Assembly: GCA_964016885.1 (NCBI GenBank)
Contig: OZ024740.1
Coordinates: 339,822,001-339,886,000, forward strand
DNA from: Eledone cirrhosa
Lineage: Eukaryota
Length of the DNA: 64,000 nt
Reading direction: 5' to 3'
Position 1 is the stretch's first letter, and every line of letters begins with the position of its first letter. Positions 1 to 11,345 of the stretch are shown here, one piece after another. Position numbers and translations under genes: made by a program. Under the pieces are notes generated by a model. The model made no database searches, had not been told where the DNA came from, and saw only the letters and a list, made by a program, of their open reading frames with translations.

Positions 1-519
1 TAATGAATTAAAAGGCTTAATCACAGACCGATCTTTGATTCTTAGTAAAAGACAGCCGAAAAATTTGAAGCAATTACTAACAAAAGCAAAGTTTGACCTT
101 AACAACAAAGACCAATCATTCACTGTATCTAAATGCAATGATAGTCGATGTGGCACATGTCATTCCATACACAACGGTCAATATATGAACACAAAAACTG
201 GAAAAATATTCCAAATGCAAATATGAACGGCAAAAGCAGAAATCTAATTTACTGCATTAAATGCCCAAATTGTGAAGAACTATATGTTGGTCAAACTGGA
301 AATGCACTATCAGAACGTGCACGGGTACACCGACAGCAAATCAGAGACCCAAATGTCCGTCAGATACCCCTGAGTAACAATCTAGCAACATGTGGTCAGA
401 GAATATTTATATTTCCATTCTACAAATTACACAGCCCAAGTGAAATCAAGAGAAAAATCAAAGAAAAGAATTTTATTGATAAATTCCAACCCAATAATGG
501 GGTATTACTTCTACTATGA
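1..519 (+). mobile_element. Penelope-like element, frameshifted GIY-YIG endonuclease C-terminus
   Basis: ORFs 35-226 and 148-519 join across a frameshift to give RQPKNLKQLL..C..RCGTC..I..NLIYCIKCPNCEELYVGQTGNALSERARVHRQQI, the Penelope Cys motif followed by the GIY-YIG domain. Confidence 0.85.
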
Positions 520-989
520 CTACGCCTACGACCATGTCGACTACCACCACTATCAACAACAACAACAATAATAATAATAAAAGTGATGTTGATGGTGATT
601 TTTTATAAAAACCCTAGAAAAGATTTTTTATAAAAGATTTTTTATAAAAACCCTAGAAAATGCTATTTTCATCATTTCTAAAAATAGCAAAACAATCGAT
701 GCTTTGGATAGGGTCAAATAGAAGTCATTAGACATTCTCAACCAACCGTGACGCCTAAACCAATCAGCTTTAGTAATTTAGTGAAACCACACACCGATTG
801 GTTGAAATACAGTTTGCAAAACGTAGCATTCTGTAGCCCCTTTTTACTGTATATAAGGCACAGATTTTAGCCATCTCATTACAGTTTAAAATTGCAAACG
901 AGTAAACCAGACAAAGTTGGAATTCCTTTTATTAATATAATCTTCTATACACACTCATACACACCCGTGTATATTTATTTATATCTATA

Positions 990-1024
<35 letters not shown>

Positions 1025-1181
1025 GCATGTGTATGTATTTGCCAACTTGTGTTTTTCCACACTAGTGTATGTGGTTTATTTATACGCCCTAGCTTGTAAT
1101 GTATGTATCCACTAGTGTCTGTGTGCTTACTAGAATCTGTATATATGTGCCTATATATAAATATATATATATATAAAGTGT

Positions 1182-1513
1182 ATCATCATCATCATCATCA
1201 TTTTTACGTCCGCTTTTCCCTGCTTGCAAGGGTGGGACGGGAACTGATTCTAGCTTGATTTCTACAGCTGAATGCCCTTCCTAACACCAACCTCATTTAC
1301 AGTGAGTGCTGGGTGCTTTTTTTCCGTGGCGCCTACACGTCCACTTTGCAGTGGAATGATAGGGACCCCAGCCCCTATCATCTCATTTCTACAGCTGAGT
1401 AAACTGGAGCAATGTGAAATAAAGTGTCTTGCTCAAGGAAACAACACATCACCCAATCTGAGAATTGAACTCACAATCTTTTGATTGCAAGGCCAATGCT
1501 CTAACGACTAAGC

Positions 1514-1519
<6 letters not shown>
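1182..1519 (-). mobile_element. tRNA-derived CORE-type SINE with RTE-derived 3' tail
   Basis: Minus strand has A box TGGCTTAGTCG, B box GTTCAATTC, CORE-like CCTTGAGCAAGACACTT..CAGTTTACTCAGCTGTAGAAATG and an (ATG)n tail; near-identical copies at 14.6, 24.0 and 27.7 kb. Confidence 0.85.
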
Positions 1520-1564
<45 letters not shown>

Positions 1565-1566
<2 letters not shown>

Positions 1567-1807
1567 ATATATTTATGAATTAATATATTTGTATAAGTAT
1601 GATGTATGTTACATCTGTTTCTGTGTATGTATGGTAAAGCGTAATAAAGTGAGAGAGAGAGTAATATATGGTTGTTAAATCCAATTTTCCTCTCTATATA
1701 TACTATCCTATAGTCGACGATAACAACTGAAAGTAAATCTAGTTCCTATCATAGATCACATTAAACTATAGCAGATAGAAGAACACAGCTTATCTCTAAC
1801 CAATCCT
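1565..1807. repeat. Unclassified dispersed repeat, left arm of an inverted pair (partner 9692-10010)
   Basis: CTGAAAGTAAATCTAGTTCCTATCATAGATCACATTAAACTATAGCAGATAGAAG..TCTCTAACCAATCCT is the reverse complement of 9692-9840. Confidence 0.85.
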
Positions 1808-2329
1808 TCTATATTCTTATTAGATTCCTGCAACTTTCAACTGTCGATTGTTTCAACTGATAATTGCGAACAAGATGTCATGTTATCAGTGACTGTGCAA
1901 TTGGCTACTTTCTGAAGTGACAAAGCTCTCTATAACACTTTCCCCTAATGTTCTCTAGAGAGTATTGTCACTTTACAAAATTTCTCTCTTACATTCCATC
2001 CACCCTTTCTCTTCATCTACCCAACTATTTTTCTCATTCATACAATTTCTATTTGCTTGTGTTATCTGTAAGCTTGATTATCAGTTCTAATATACCCTTA
2101 TATGGTTTCTTTGCAACATCACACAAACATCGACATCTTTCTTGTTCAGTGTCACAAATCTCATCATCATCATCATCACTGCCATAGACAATTTTGGTGT
2201 CCAATATAAAACAAAAGCTTGCCAAAGAAAATACACTTGGTTTCAATGAAATATTAGGTCAACTAAAGGCTAATGTCTACCATTGAGTTATAGTGTAGCT
2301 TGTTAATAGATTACTAGACCTACAGACAA

Positions 2330-3850
2330 ACATCATCACTATCAATACTATCACTATCATCAGCAACACCATCATTGTCATCACTATTACCATCAACACC
2401 ATCACCAACTCCCACTATCAACATCATCACCAACTCCCACCACCAACACCATCACCAACTACCACCATCAACACCATCACCAACTACCACCACCAACACC
2501 ATCACCAACTACCACCACCAACACCATCACCAACTACCACCACCAACACCATCAACACCATCACCAACTACCACCATCAACACCATCACCAACTACCACC
2601 ATCAACACCATCACCAACTACCACCACCAACACCATCACCAACTACCACCACCAACACCATCAACACCATCACCAACTACTACCACCACCAACACCATCA
2701 CCAACTACCACCACCAACACCATCACCAACTCCCACCACCAACACCATCACCAACTACCACCACCAACACCATCACCAACTACCACCATCAACACCATCA
2801 CCAACTACCACCATCAACACCATCACCAACTACCACCACCAACACCATCACCAACTACCACCACCAACACCATCACCAACTCCCACCACCAACACCATCA
2901 CCAACTACCACCACCAACACCATCACCAACTACCACCACCAACACCATCACCAACTACCACCACCAACACCATCAACACCATCACCAACTACCACCACCA
3001 ACACCATCAACACCATCACCAACTACCACCACCAACACCATCAACACCATCACCAACTACCACCACCAACACCATCAACACCATCACCAACTACCACCAC
3101 CAACACCATCAACACCATCACCAACTACCACCACCAACACCATCAACACCATCACCAACTACCACCACCAACACCATCACCAACTACCACCACCAACACC
3201 ATCACCAACTACCACCACCAACACCATCAACACCATCACCAACTCCCACCACCAACACCATCACCAACTACCACCACCAACACCATCACCAACTCCCACC
3301 ACCAACACCATCAACACCATCACCAACTACCACCACCAACACCATCAACACCATCACCAACTACCACCATCAACACCATCACCAACTACCACCACCAACA
3401 CCATCAACACCATCACCAACTACCACCATCAACACCATCACCAACTACCACCACCAACACCATCACCAGCTACCACCACCAACACCATCAACACCATCAC
3501 CAACTCCCACCACCAACACTATCACCAACTACCACCACCAACACCATCAACACCATCACCAACTACCACCACCAACACCATCAACACCATCACCAACTCC
3601 CACCGCCAACACTATCACCAACTACCACCACCAACACCATCAACACCATCACCAACTACCACCACCAACACCATCAACACCATCACCAACTACCACCACC
3701 AACACCATCACCAACTACTACCAACAACACCATCACCAACTACTACCAATATCATTTCTACTAACATCAACACATTGCTACCACCACCATTACTATTGTC
3801 ATCACTACCCCCATTGTTAATACTATCATCTCCACCATCACCACCATAAG
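2330..3850. repeat. C/A-rich minisatellite, 25-bp unit CACCATCACCAACTACCACCACCAA with an optional 9-bp CACCATCAA
   Basis: Direct tandem repetition; almost no G on the + strand. Confidence 0.95.
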
Positions 3851-4273
3851 CAAGCAAATAAGTTGTTTGGTCTGCTTGAAATGTTCCCACAAAATACCAC
3901 CCCACTGTCTCTCGGATAAAAAAGGAAATCATAAGTCTGTTCAATCTGGACTGGCCTGAGGTTAAACAACATCCTCATCACCACTATCAGCAATGCCATC
4001 ACAACCCTTATCAATACCACTACAGCTATCATCATCACCAATATCATTCCTACCAATACCTTACTACTCCCCACCATCACCATTATCATCTCATCTATCT
4101 GTTTCTTTATCTATCTATCCACCTATCTATCCATCCATCCATCTCTATTTATCTATCTATCTGTGTCTGTATATCTATGTATATATTTACCTGTATGTAT
4201 GTTTGTCTATCTGTCTGTATGTATGTCTGTCTATCTATCTCTATTTGTCTGTTTGTCTGACTATCTATCTATC

Positions 4274-6942
4274 AAACGAGGGAGCCAAAGCTGTTAGCTG
4301 GGCTCAAGTGGCAGAGGCGAAAAGTGGAAACAAATCCACAATTCGGTCTTTGCAAGACAAAGATGGACGCATTATACTTGAATCCAAGCAGATGTGCGCA
4401 GCCTTTCAGCAGCATTTTGCACAACTGTTCGGGCAAAGTGGTACATCGACCGAGGTGATGGACTTCAGCTCCTACCTCGACGGCATACCGTGACTCTCGA
4501 GCACGGATGAGGAGAGCTGCGAAAGGCTGATCACAGCGGGAGAAATAGAAGATGCCCTAGGCCGCTGCGGGAAATGCAAATCACCCGGTTTAGATGGTCT
4601 ACCCTATGAGTTTTACATAGGCATGCCAGACTTGTTCTCTAGCATCCTCGAAGCGGTCTACTGCAACTGGCAGCAGAATGGGAGGATTCCCAGTTCTGTA
4701 GGCAGAGGCATAGTAACGCTGATCAGGAAAGATGAGAACAGGGGGGTTTGAGATAAACAATTTCAGGCCCATAACACTGCTCAACACAGAGTTAAAGATT
4801 TTGGCCAAGGTGTTAGCAGCAAGGCTAGCGCTTGTCATCAAGAACCTGGTAGGGGAAGCCCAAACGTGTGCAATCCCGACCAGGTCCATACACAACAACC
4901 TCCACCTCATGCGATACATCATAGAGAGGGTAGGGTGTAAACCTGGCTTTGGTGGGGCTCTGATCAATTTAGATCAGTCTAAGGCATTTGATAGGGTCGA
5001 CCATCAATACTTGGAAGCAGTTCTCAAGGCGGCAGTCAAGGTGAATGGCTACCTATCAGAGCCATTCCAAAGCATGCGTTCCATCCGTCAGGGATGCCCT
5101 CTCTCCTCCATTCTGTATGTACTGACTCTCGAACCGTTACTGCGGAAATTGGAGCTGTTCCAGGGCATCCCGATCGAACAAGAACTGCGGAAAGCAGTGT
5201 CAGCCTATGCCAACGACATAACCGTAATGGTGTCGAAAAACCTCGGAAATCGGGGTAATCGGCAACCTATTACAGGAATACGAAACGTTGACAGGAGCAA
5301 GACTAAACCCAGACAAGTCTGTCAGTTTGCAACTCGGCACATGGAGAGTCAAACCCATGCCTTCCGACAGTGTCGTTGGACGCTGGACGGAAGGACCGGT
5401 GAAATTGCTCAGGGTCTGGTTCGGTCCAGATGGACAAGAACTGGAACGAGGTCACGGCGAAGGTGTTTGCACTCACCCAGAAGTGGGCTGAGTGCAAACT
5501 CTCCTTGAAATGTTGAGCGGAGGTGGCGAACACTTACATAGTGTCCATCATCTACTACCGCTTGACAGTCGTGCCTTGCCCCCGCGAATACCTTAACAAA
5601 ATGGAACGCCTACTCTTCAAGTTCCTCTGGAAGAAACAGGCTCCATTGGTGAGGAGATCCATCTGCTTGCTGTCAACACCCTTCTAACGGAGGGCTGGGC
5701 ATGCCGTGGCTGATGATGTGCAAACATACGCCATCTCCACGTATTCCTGACCGGTGAACCGGTGTGGCTGTCGTTTGTGAGACAAGCTCTTCCACAACTT
5801 ATCTCACTAACAGAGCTGTAGTCCTGGGTCAAGCGAAGACCGAAAATGGGTGCCTGGCACCTCGAGTGCCTACAGGCGCTCACAGCCCTCTACCAAGCGG
5901 AAACGGCAATCAGCGGAGACTCTACTTCAACATTCTATAGGGGATTAGTGGAGGATAAGTGCGACAACGTTCTTGGGGAAACTCTAGGCATCAAGGAGGA
6001 TGAACTGACCAGTCTGTTCAGGAGGACTTTCCATCCAGGGCCTATGGATAACTTCCAGAGATCTCTGGCGTGGCAGTGCTACCGAGGAACTCTACCAGTT
6101 CAAGACAAAATCTATAGGCACGGACGCCCTGGCAGAGATCCTGCCAAAAGGACCTGTCCAAGATGCGAGCAGGACATCAAAACCGTTCTGCACACAATTG
6201 TTCAGTGCCCAGGGGTGACCAACCTGTGGAATTATGTCGAACAGCTGCTGTCACGTGTGGATCACCCCGCCGCCTTTATTTAAGAACGAAGGAGGGGCGG
6301 TTTTCCGCTGTCTGGTAGCTATGGCGAAAGAGGTTATATGGTGGACGAGGTTAAAAGGGCTGAGGTCAGACACCTTTCTCTCCAGCGAGCAACTGATTCG
6401 TTCTTTCAAATATCATTTTGGAAGAAGAATCAGGATGGAGAGAGAGGTGCTGTACCCCAGCAAATTTTATGAAAGGTGGGTGAATGTGGCAAAGATGGCC
6501 CGAGTGGTTGGGCCTTCTCTCTATATAAGCCTGTAGGTTGAGGAAAAAGAGGAAGGGAGTACTCACTCTTGGTGCTCCTGGAGATGAGGGTTGTACATTT
6601 TTTCGGGGTGTGTACAACCCCAGTAAAGAGTGGAGAGAGAGGTGCTACACCCCAGTAAATTTGCTGAAAGGTGGGTGAATATGGCAAAAATGGCCCGAGT
6701 GAATGGGCCTTCTCTGTATGGTTGAGGAAGATAAACGTGTTCCTGGTGTTGAGGGTTGTTCTATCCATGGGGTGTAAAACAATCCTGCAGTAACGTTCCC
6801 CCCTACTGGGGATTTCAATTGTTATTTTATTATATATAGTTTATTGTTATTTATTAATGTTAAAGTTATTTTTATGTAAAACCCCCACCGTCACGTCTTG
6901 TAATGTCCCATTTTTGTACGCCCCTGTGGCAAATAAAGAAAG
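4274..6942 (+). mobile_element. Tx1/L1-type non-LTR retrotransposon copy 1, 5'-truncated and decayed (RT plus C-terminal CCHC)
   Basis: KSPGLDG, FRPITLLNTELKILAKVLA, LDQSKAFDRVDH, IRQGCPLS, AYAND (YADD), CPRC..TVLH...QC; stops and frameshifts; ends AATAAAGAAAG then (ATCT)n. Confidence 0.9.
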
Positions 6943-6957
6943 ATATCTATCTATCTA

Positions 6958-7182
6958 GGGTGGTGGATTGGCAGCATCGGTAGAGAGTCGGACACCAAGC
7001 TTTGCAGAATAGAGTTGTGGCCCTTTACGGTCTGAATTAAAATCCCGTCAAGGTTAACTTTGCCTTTCATCCTCCGGGGTCGATAAAATAAAGCACCAGT
7101 AATGAACTGGGATCGATTTAATCGACTTTCTCCTCCCCTTAAAATTGATGGCCTTGTGCCTAAAGTAGAAACAATAAAGAAA
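6958..7182 (+). mobile_element. tRNA-like SINE with Meta/MESC-type central domain
   Basis: GCCTTTCATCCTCCGGGGTCGATAAAATAAAGCACCAG..GGCCTTGTGCCTAAAGTAGAAAC; related pieces at 18757-18978 and about 52965-53040. Confidence 0.75.
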
Positions 7183-7226
7183 TATATATCTATCTATCTC
7201 TACCTGTTTGACTATCTATCTATCTC

Positions 7227-8170
7227 GGCACACCGAATGTGCTCAGGCGCTCACAGTCCTCTGGCAAACGGACCCGGCGATCAGTGGAGACTCCACTTCG
7301 ACATTCTATAGAGGGTTGGTCCACAGCAAATGCGACGACGTGCTCGGAGAAACTCTAGGCATAGAGGAGGACGAACTGGCCAGTCTGTTCGGTAGGACCT
7401 TCCGCCCGGGACCAATGGACAACTTCCAAAAGTCCCTGGCCTGGCAGTGCTACCGAGGAGCTCTACCAGTTCGAGACAAGCTCTATAGACACGGACGCCC
7501 GGGCAGGGACCCTTCGAAAAAGATCTGTCCGAGATGCGTGCACGACGAGGAAACCGTCGCACACGCATTTGTACACTGCCCGGGCGTTACCGACCTGTGG
7601 GGCTATGTAGAACAACTATTGTCGTGGGTGGGACCAATCCAGTTGACCACCGAGTCCATTGTCATGATCAAACCGCCACCCTCCTTCAAAAACGAGGGAG
7701 AGGCGGTTTTCCTATGTGTTATGGCTATGGTGAAAGAGGTTATATGGTGGACGGGGTTAAAAGGGCTGAGGTCAGACACCTTTCTCTCCGGCGAGCAACT
7801 GATTCATTTTTTCAAATACCACTTTGGAAGGAGAATCAGGATGGAAAGAGAGGTGCTGTACCCCAGCAAATTTTATAAAAGGTGGGTGAATGTGGCAAAG
7901 ATGGCCCGAGTGGTTGGGCCTTCTCTATATAAGCCTGTAGGTTGAGGAAAAAGAGAAAGAGAGGAAGGGAGTACTCACTCTTGGTGTTCCTGGAGATGAG
8001 GGTTGTACATTTTTTCGGGGTGTGTACAACCCCTGTGTAACGCCTCCCCCCATTGGGGATTTCAATTGTTATTTGTTATTTTATTAATAGTTTTATTTTC
8101 ATATACTTGTATGTAAACTCCCCATTTGTATTTATCCCCTTCTTTTGTGCCCTTGTGGCTAATAAAGAAA
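7227..8170 (+). mobile_element. Tx1/L1-type LINE copy 2, 3' fragment
   Basis: ORF 7208-7945 is homologous to the copy 1 C-terminus (MDNFQKSLAWQCYRGALPVRDKLYRHG, CPRC..ETVAHAFVHC); 3' UTR ends AATAAAGAAA. Confidence 0.9.
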
Positions 8171-8200
8171 TTTATCTATCTCTATTTATCTGTCTATCTA

Positions 8201-9474
8201 AGTGCCCTGCCCAAGGGAAACCCTCACCAAGATGGAGCGCGCGCTCTTCCAATTCCTTTGGAAGAGGCGGGCTCCTATGGTGAGGAGATCCATCTGCTGT
8301 CAACACCCTTCGAAAGGAGGGCTGGGGATGCCGTGGCTAATGATGCGTAAACACGCATTAAGGCTACGGCACCTCTACGTATTCCTCACCGGACAACCGG
8401 TGTGGGCCTCGTTTGTGAGACGAACCTTTCCCAGACTCGTCTCACTCACCGAGCTGCAATCCTGGGTCAAGCAAAGACCGAGAAAACTGGGCGCCTGGCA
8501 CACTGAGTGTGCCCAGGCGCTCACCGCCCTCTGGCAGGCGGATCCGGTTGTCAGTGGAGACTCCACCGCAACATTCTATAGAGGGCTGGTACGCAACAGG
8601 TGCGACGACGCCCTCGGAGAAGCCCTAGACATGGAGGAGGACGAACTGGCTAGCCTGTTCGGTAGGACATTCAGCCCGGGACCTATGGACAACTTCCAGA
8701 AGTCCCTGGCCTGGCAGTGCTACCGAGGGGCTTTACCCGTTCGAGAAAGGCTCTACAGACACGGGCGCCCGGGTAGGGACCCCGCCAAAAAGATCTGTCC
8801 CAGATGCGTGTGCGACGAGGAAACCGTTGCACACGCATTAGTACACTGCTCGGGCGTAGCCGATCTGTGGGGCTATGTCGAACAACTGCTGTCAAGGGTG
8901 GGACCGATCCGGCTGACCACCGAGTCTATTGTAATGATCAAGCCGCCTCCCCCCTTCAAAGATGAAGCAGAGGCGGTGTTTCTGTGCGTAATAGCCATGG
9001 CGAAAGAGGTTGTATGGTGGACGCGTCTGAAAGGACTGAGGTCGGGCACCTTTCTCTCTGGCCAACAACTGGTCCGTTTCTTCCGATATCATTTCGGAAG
9101 AAGGATCAGGATGGAGAGAGAGGTGCTGCACCCCAGCCGTTTCTATGAAAGATGGGTGAAAGTGGCGAGAATGGCCCGTGTGAATGGGCCTTCACTCTAC
9201 ATCAGACTATAGGTGAGGAAGATGAAAGACCAAGGGAGCACCCCCTCTCTGTGCTCCTGAGGAGAAGGGTTGCACACTTTTTTCGGGGGTGTGTGCGACC
9301 CCCCAAGGCGCCTCCTCTCTATTGAGGATTTTGTTAAAAATTTTATTTTTTGTTATATCTTATTTTATTTTTATATTTTGTTATTGCCTCCTCCTTATTG
9401 AGGACGCCTTTTTGTGTAAACTCCCCCCATTGTACTTGTCCCACTTTTGATGCCCTAGTGGCAAATAAAAGAAA
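8201..9474 (+). mobile_element. Tx1/L1-type LINE copy 3, 3' fragment with an uninterrupted 1-kb frame
   Basis: ORF 8202-9212 has the L1/Tx1 post-RT motif KGGLGMP and the CCHC finger; 3' UTR ends AATAAAAGAAA then (TATC)n. Confidence 0.9.
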
Positions 9475-9691
9475 TATATCTATCTATCTATCTAAGAAAG
9501 ATATCTATCTCTGTTTGTCTAACTATTTGTCTGGCTGTCTGACTATCTATCTAAGAAAGATATCTATCTCTGTCTGTCTGACTATCTATCTAAGAAAGAT
9601 ATCTATCTCTCTGTCTATTCAACATCAATGGGCTGTGTCTATCAGTGTATCTCTCTATCTAATCAATATCAATCACCTGTATCAAATAAAC

Positions 9692-10010
9692 AGGATTGGT
9701 TAGAGATAAGCTGTGTTCTTCTTCTATCTGCTATAGTTTAATGTGATCTATGATAGGAACTAGATTTACTTTCAGTTGTTATTGTCAACTATAGGATAGT
9801 ATATAGAGAGGAAAATTAGATTTAACAGCCATATATTACTCTCTCTCTCTCTCTCTCTCTCACTCTCACTCTCTCTCACTCTCACTCTCTCTCTCTCTCA
9901 CTCTCACTCTCTCTCACTCTCTCTCTCTCTCTCTTTATTACATTTGATCACACATGTATCGAAACAGATGTAACACACATCATACATGTACAAATATACT
10001 AATACATACA
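9692..10010. repeat. Right arm of the inverted pair (partner 1565-1807), with an expanded (CT)n
   Basis: Reverse complement of 1565-1807. Confidence 0.85.
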
Positions 10011-10113
10011 CATATACACAAACTAAACAAATATACTAATACATATATACAAATATACTAATATATGCATGCCCATATATACAGATTCTAGTACACACAC
10101 ACACTAGTATATA

Positions 10114-10772
10114 TCATCATCATCATCATCATCATCATCGTTTAACGTCCGTGTTCCATGCTTGCATGGGTTTGGACGGAGGGTTTTCCCACTTGAGGCA
10201 AGAGTGGTTATCTTGCTCGCATAGGACTATCTGGCGGGTTTTCTACAGCTGGATGCCCTTCCTAACACCAACCACATTTACAGTGTGGGGCTGGGAGGTT
10301 TTTACCGTGTTGCCTACACGGCCACATTACAGCGTGAACTGTGTGTTTTTTTTACGTGACACCTACACGATCTCATTTGTTTCGGCCTGGATGTTGTGGC
10401 ACCAACATAACTTTACATTGAAAGGGGCGGTGTGGATGGGGTGGGGGTGGTGGGACGGGGGTGTATTTTGTTAGAGATGCCTACTGACTGTAGTAGGTTT
10501 TACTTTGTATTTAGGTAAGGCGGGTCTTCTCTATTACTGAGTACCGCCAAAGGTCTCAGTCCAGTGACATTGTCTTGGAGAGGTGTAAGTGTGTGAGGTC
10601 GGAATTTATCAGCTCATCCCAGGTTTTTCTGGGTCTGCCTATTCCGTGGCTACCGTCTATCTTTATTGCCCTGCACTTTGTTATACAGCTATCGTCCTTC
10701 ATGCGCATCACGTGACCATACCAACGTAGCCTTCTCTCGAGTAAACAACATCTGATCCCTCTTATTTCTAAT
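10114..10772 (-). mobile_element. RTE-clade LINE 3' fragment, subfamily A
   Basis: (CAT)n tail on +; minus frame RRLRWYGHVMRMKDDSCITKCR..GRPRKTWDELI; near-identical to 35566-36210. Confidence 0.9.
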
Positions 10773-11006
10773 TTTTTTTATATATATATATACACACACA
10801 CACAATAATATACATTGACATATACACACACTAGGGTGTGTAGACTAATGCATACACTAGCACAGAAAAATCACCAGCATAGACACATATGTAACACACA
10901 TTACACATACACATATGATTAATACATATACATACACATATAATTAATACATATACACACGTACAGATACTAATACAGTGTTTCTCTATGTGAGTGTAAA
11001 TGCAGA

Positions 11007-11184
11007 TACTAAAACATAAAGGCATGTACTAAAACATAAAGGCACATACTAAAACATAAAGGCATGTACTAAAACATAAAGGCACATACTAAAACATAAA
11101 GGCACATACTAAAACATAAAGGCATGTACTAAAACATAAAGGCATGTACTAAAACATAAAGGCATGTACTAAAACATAAAGGCA
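11007..11184. repeat. 20-bp tandem repeat TACTAAAACATAAAGGCA(TG/CA), about 9 copies
   Basis: Direct inspection. Confidence 0.95.
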
Positions 11185-11345
11185 GGCATGGCTAGATGGT
11201 TAAAAAGGTTGCTTTGTAACAATGTTGTTCCTAGTTCAATCCACTTTGTTCATGGCACTTTGGGTGTCTTCTACTATAGTGTTGGGTTGACCAATAACTC
11301 GTAAGTGAAATTGCGTTCAGGGAAGCTGTATGGCAGCTTGTAGAA
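11183..11345 (+). mobile_element. Older tRNA-derived SINE family; further copies near 15040(-), 17200(-), 18268(+), 27522(-), 41375(+), 58997(+), 61483(-)
   Basis: Shared pattern CAGGCATGGCT..TGGTTAA..GTTCA..CCAC..GTGTCTTCTACTATAG..GACCAA..TTGTGAGT..AATT..GGAAACTG. Confidence 0.7.

Noticed and set aside
755-885. CCAAT/ATTGG boxes and TATATAAG
   Set aside because: Probably belongs to the adjacent Penelope terminal region; no support as a host promoter
1820-2246. Short Cys-containing frames (EICDTEQERCRCLCD; CHVISDCAIGYF)
   Set aside because: No consistent frame or convincing splice pair; partly an (ATC)n repeat
2375-3820. 481-aa His/Pro/Thr-rich ORF
   Set aside because: Translation of a 25-bp minisatellite that cycles through all three frames; it lacks stops because of base composition
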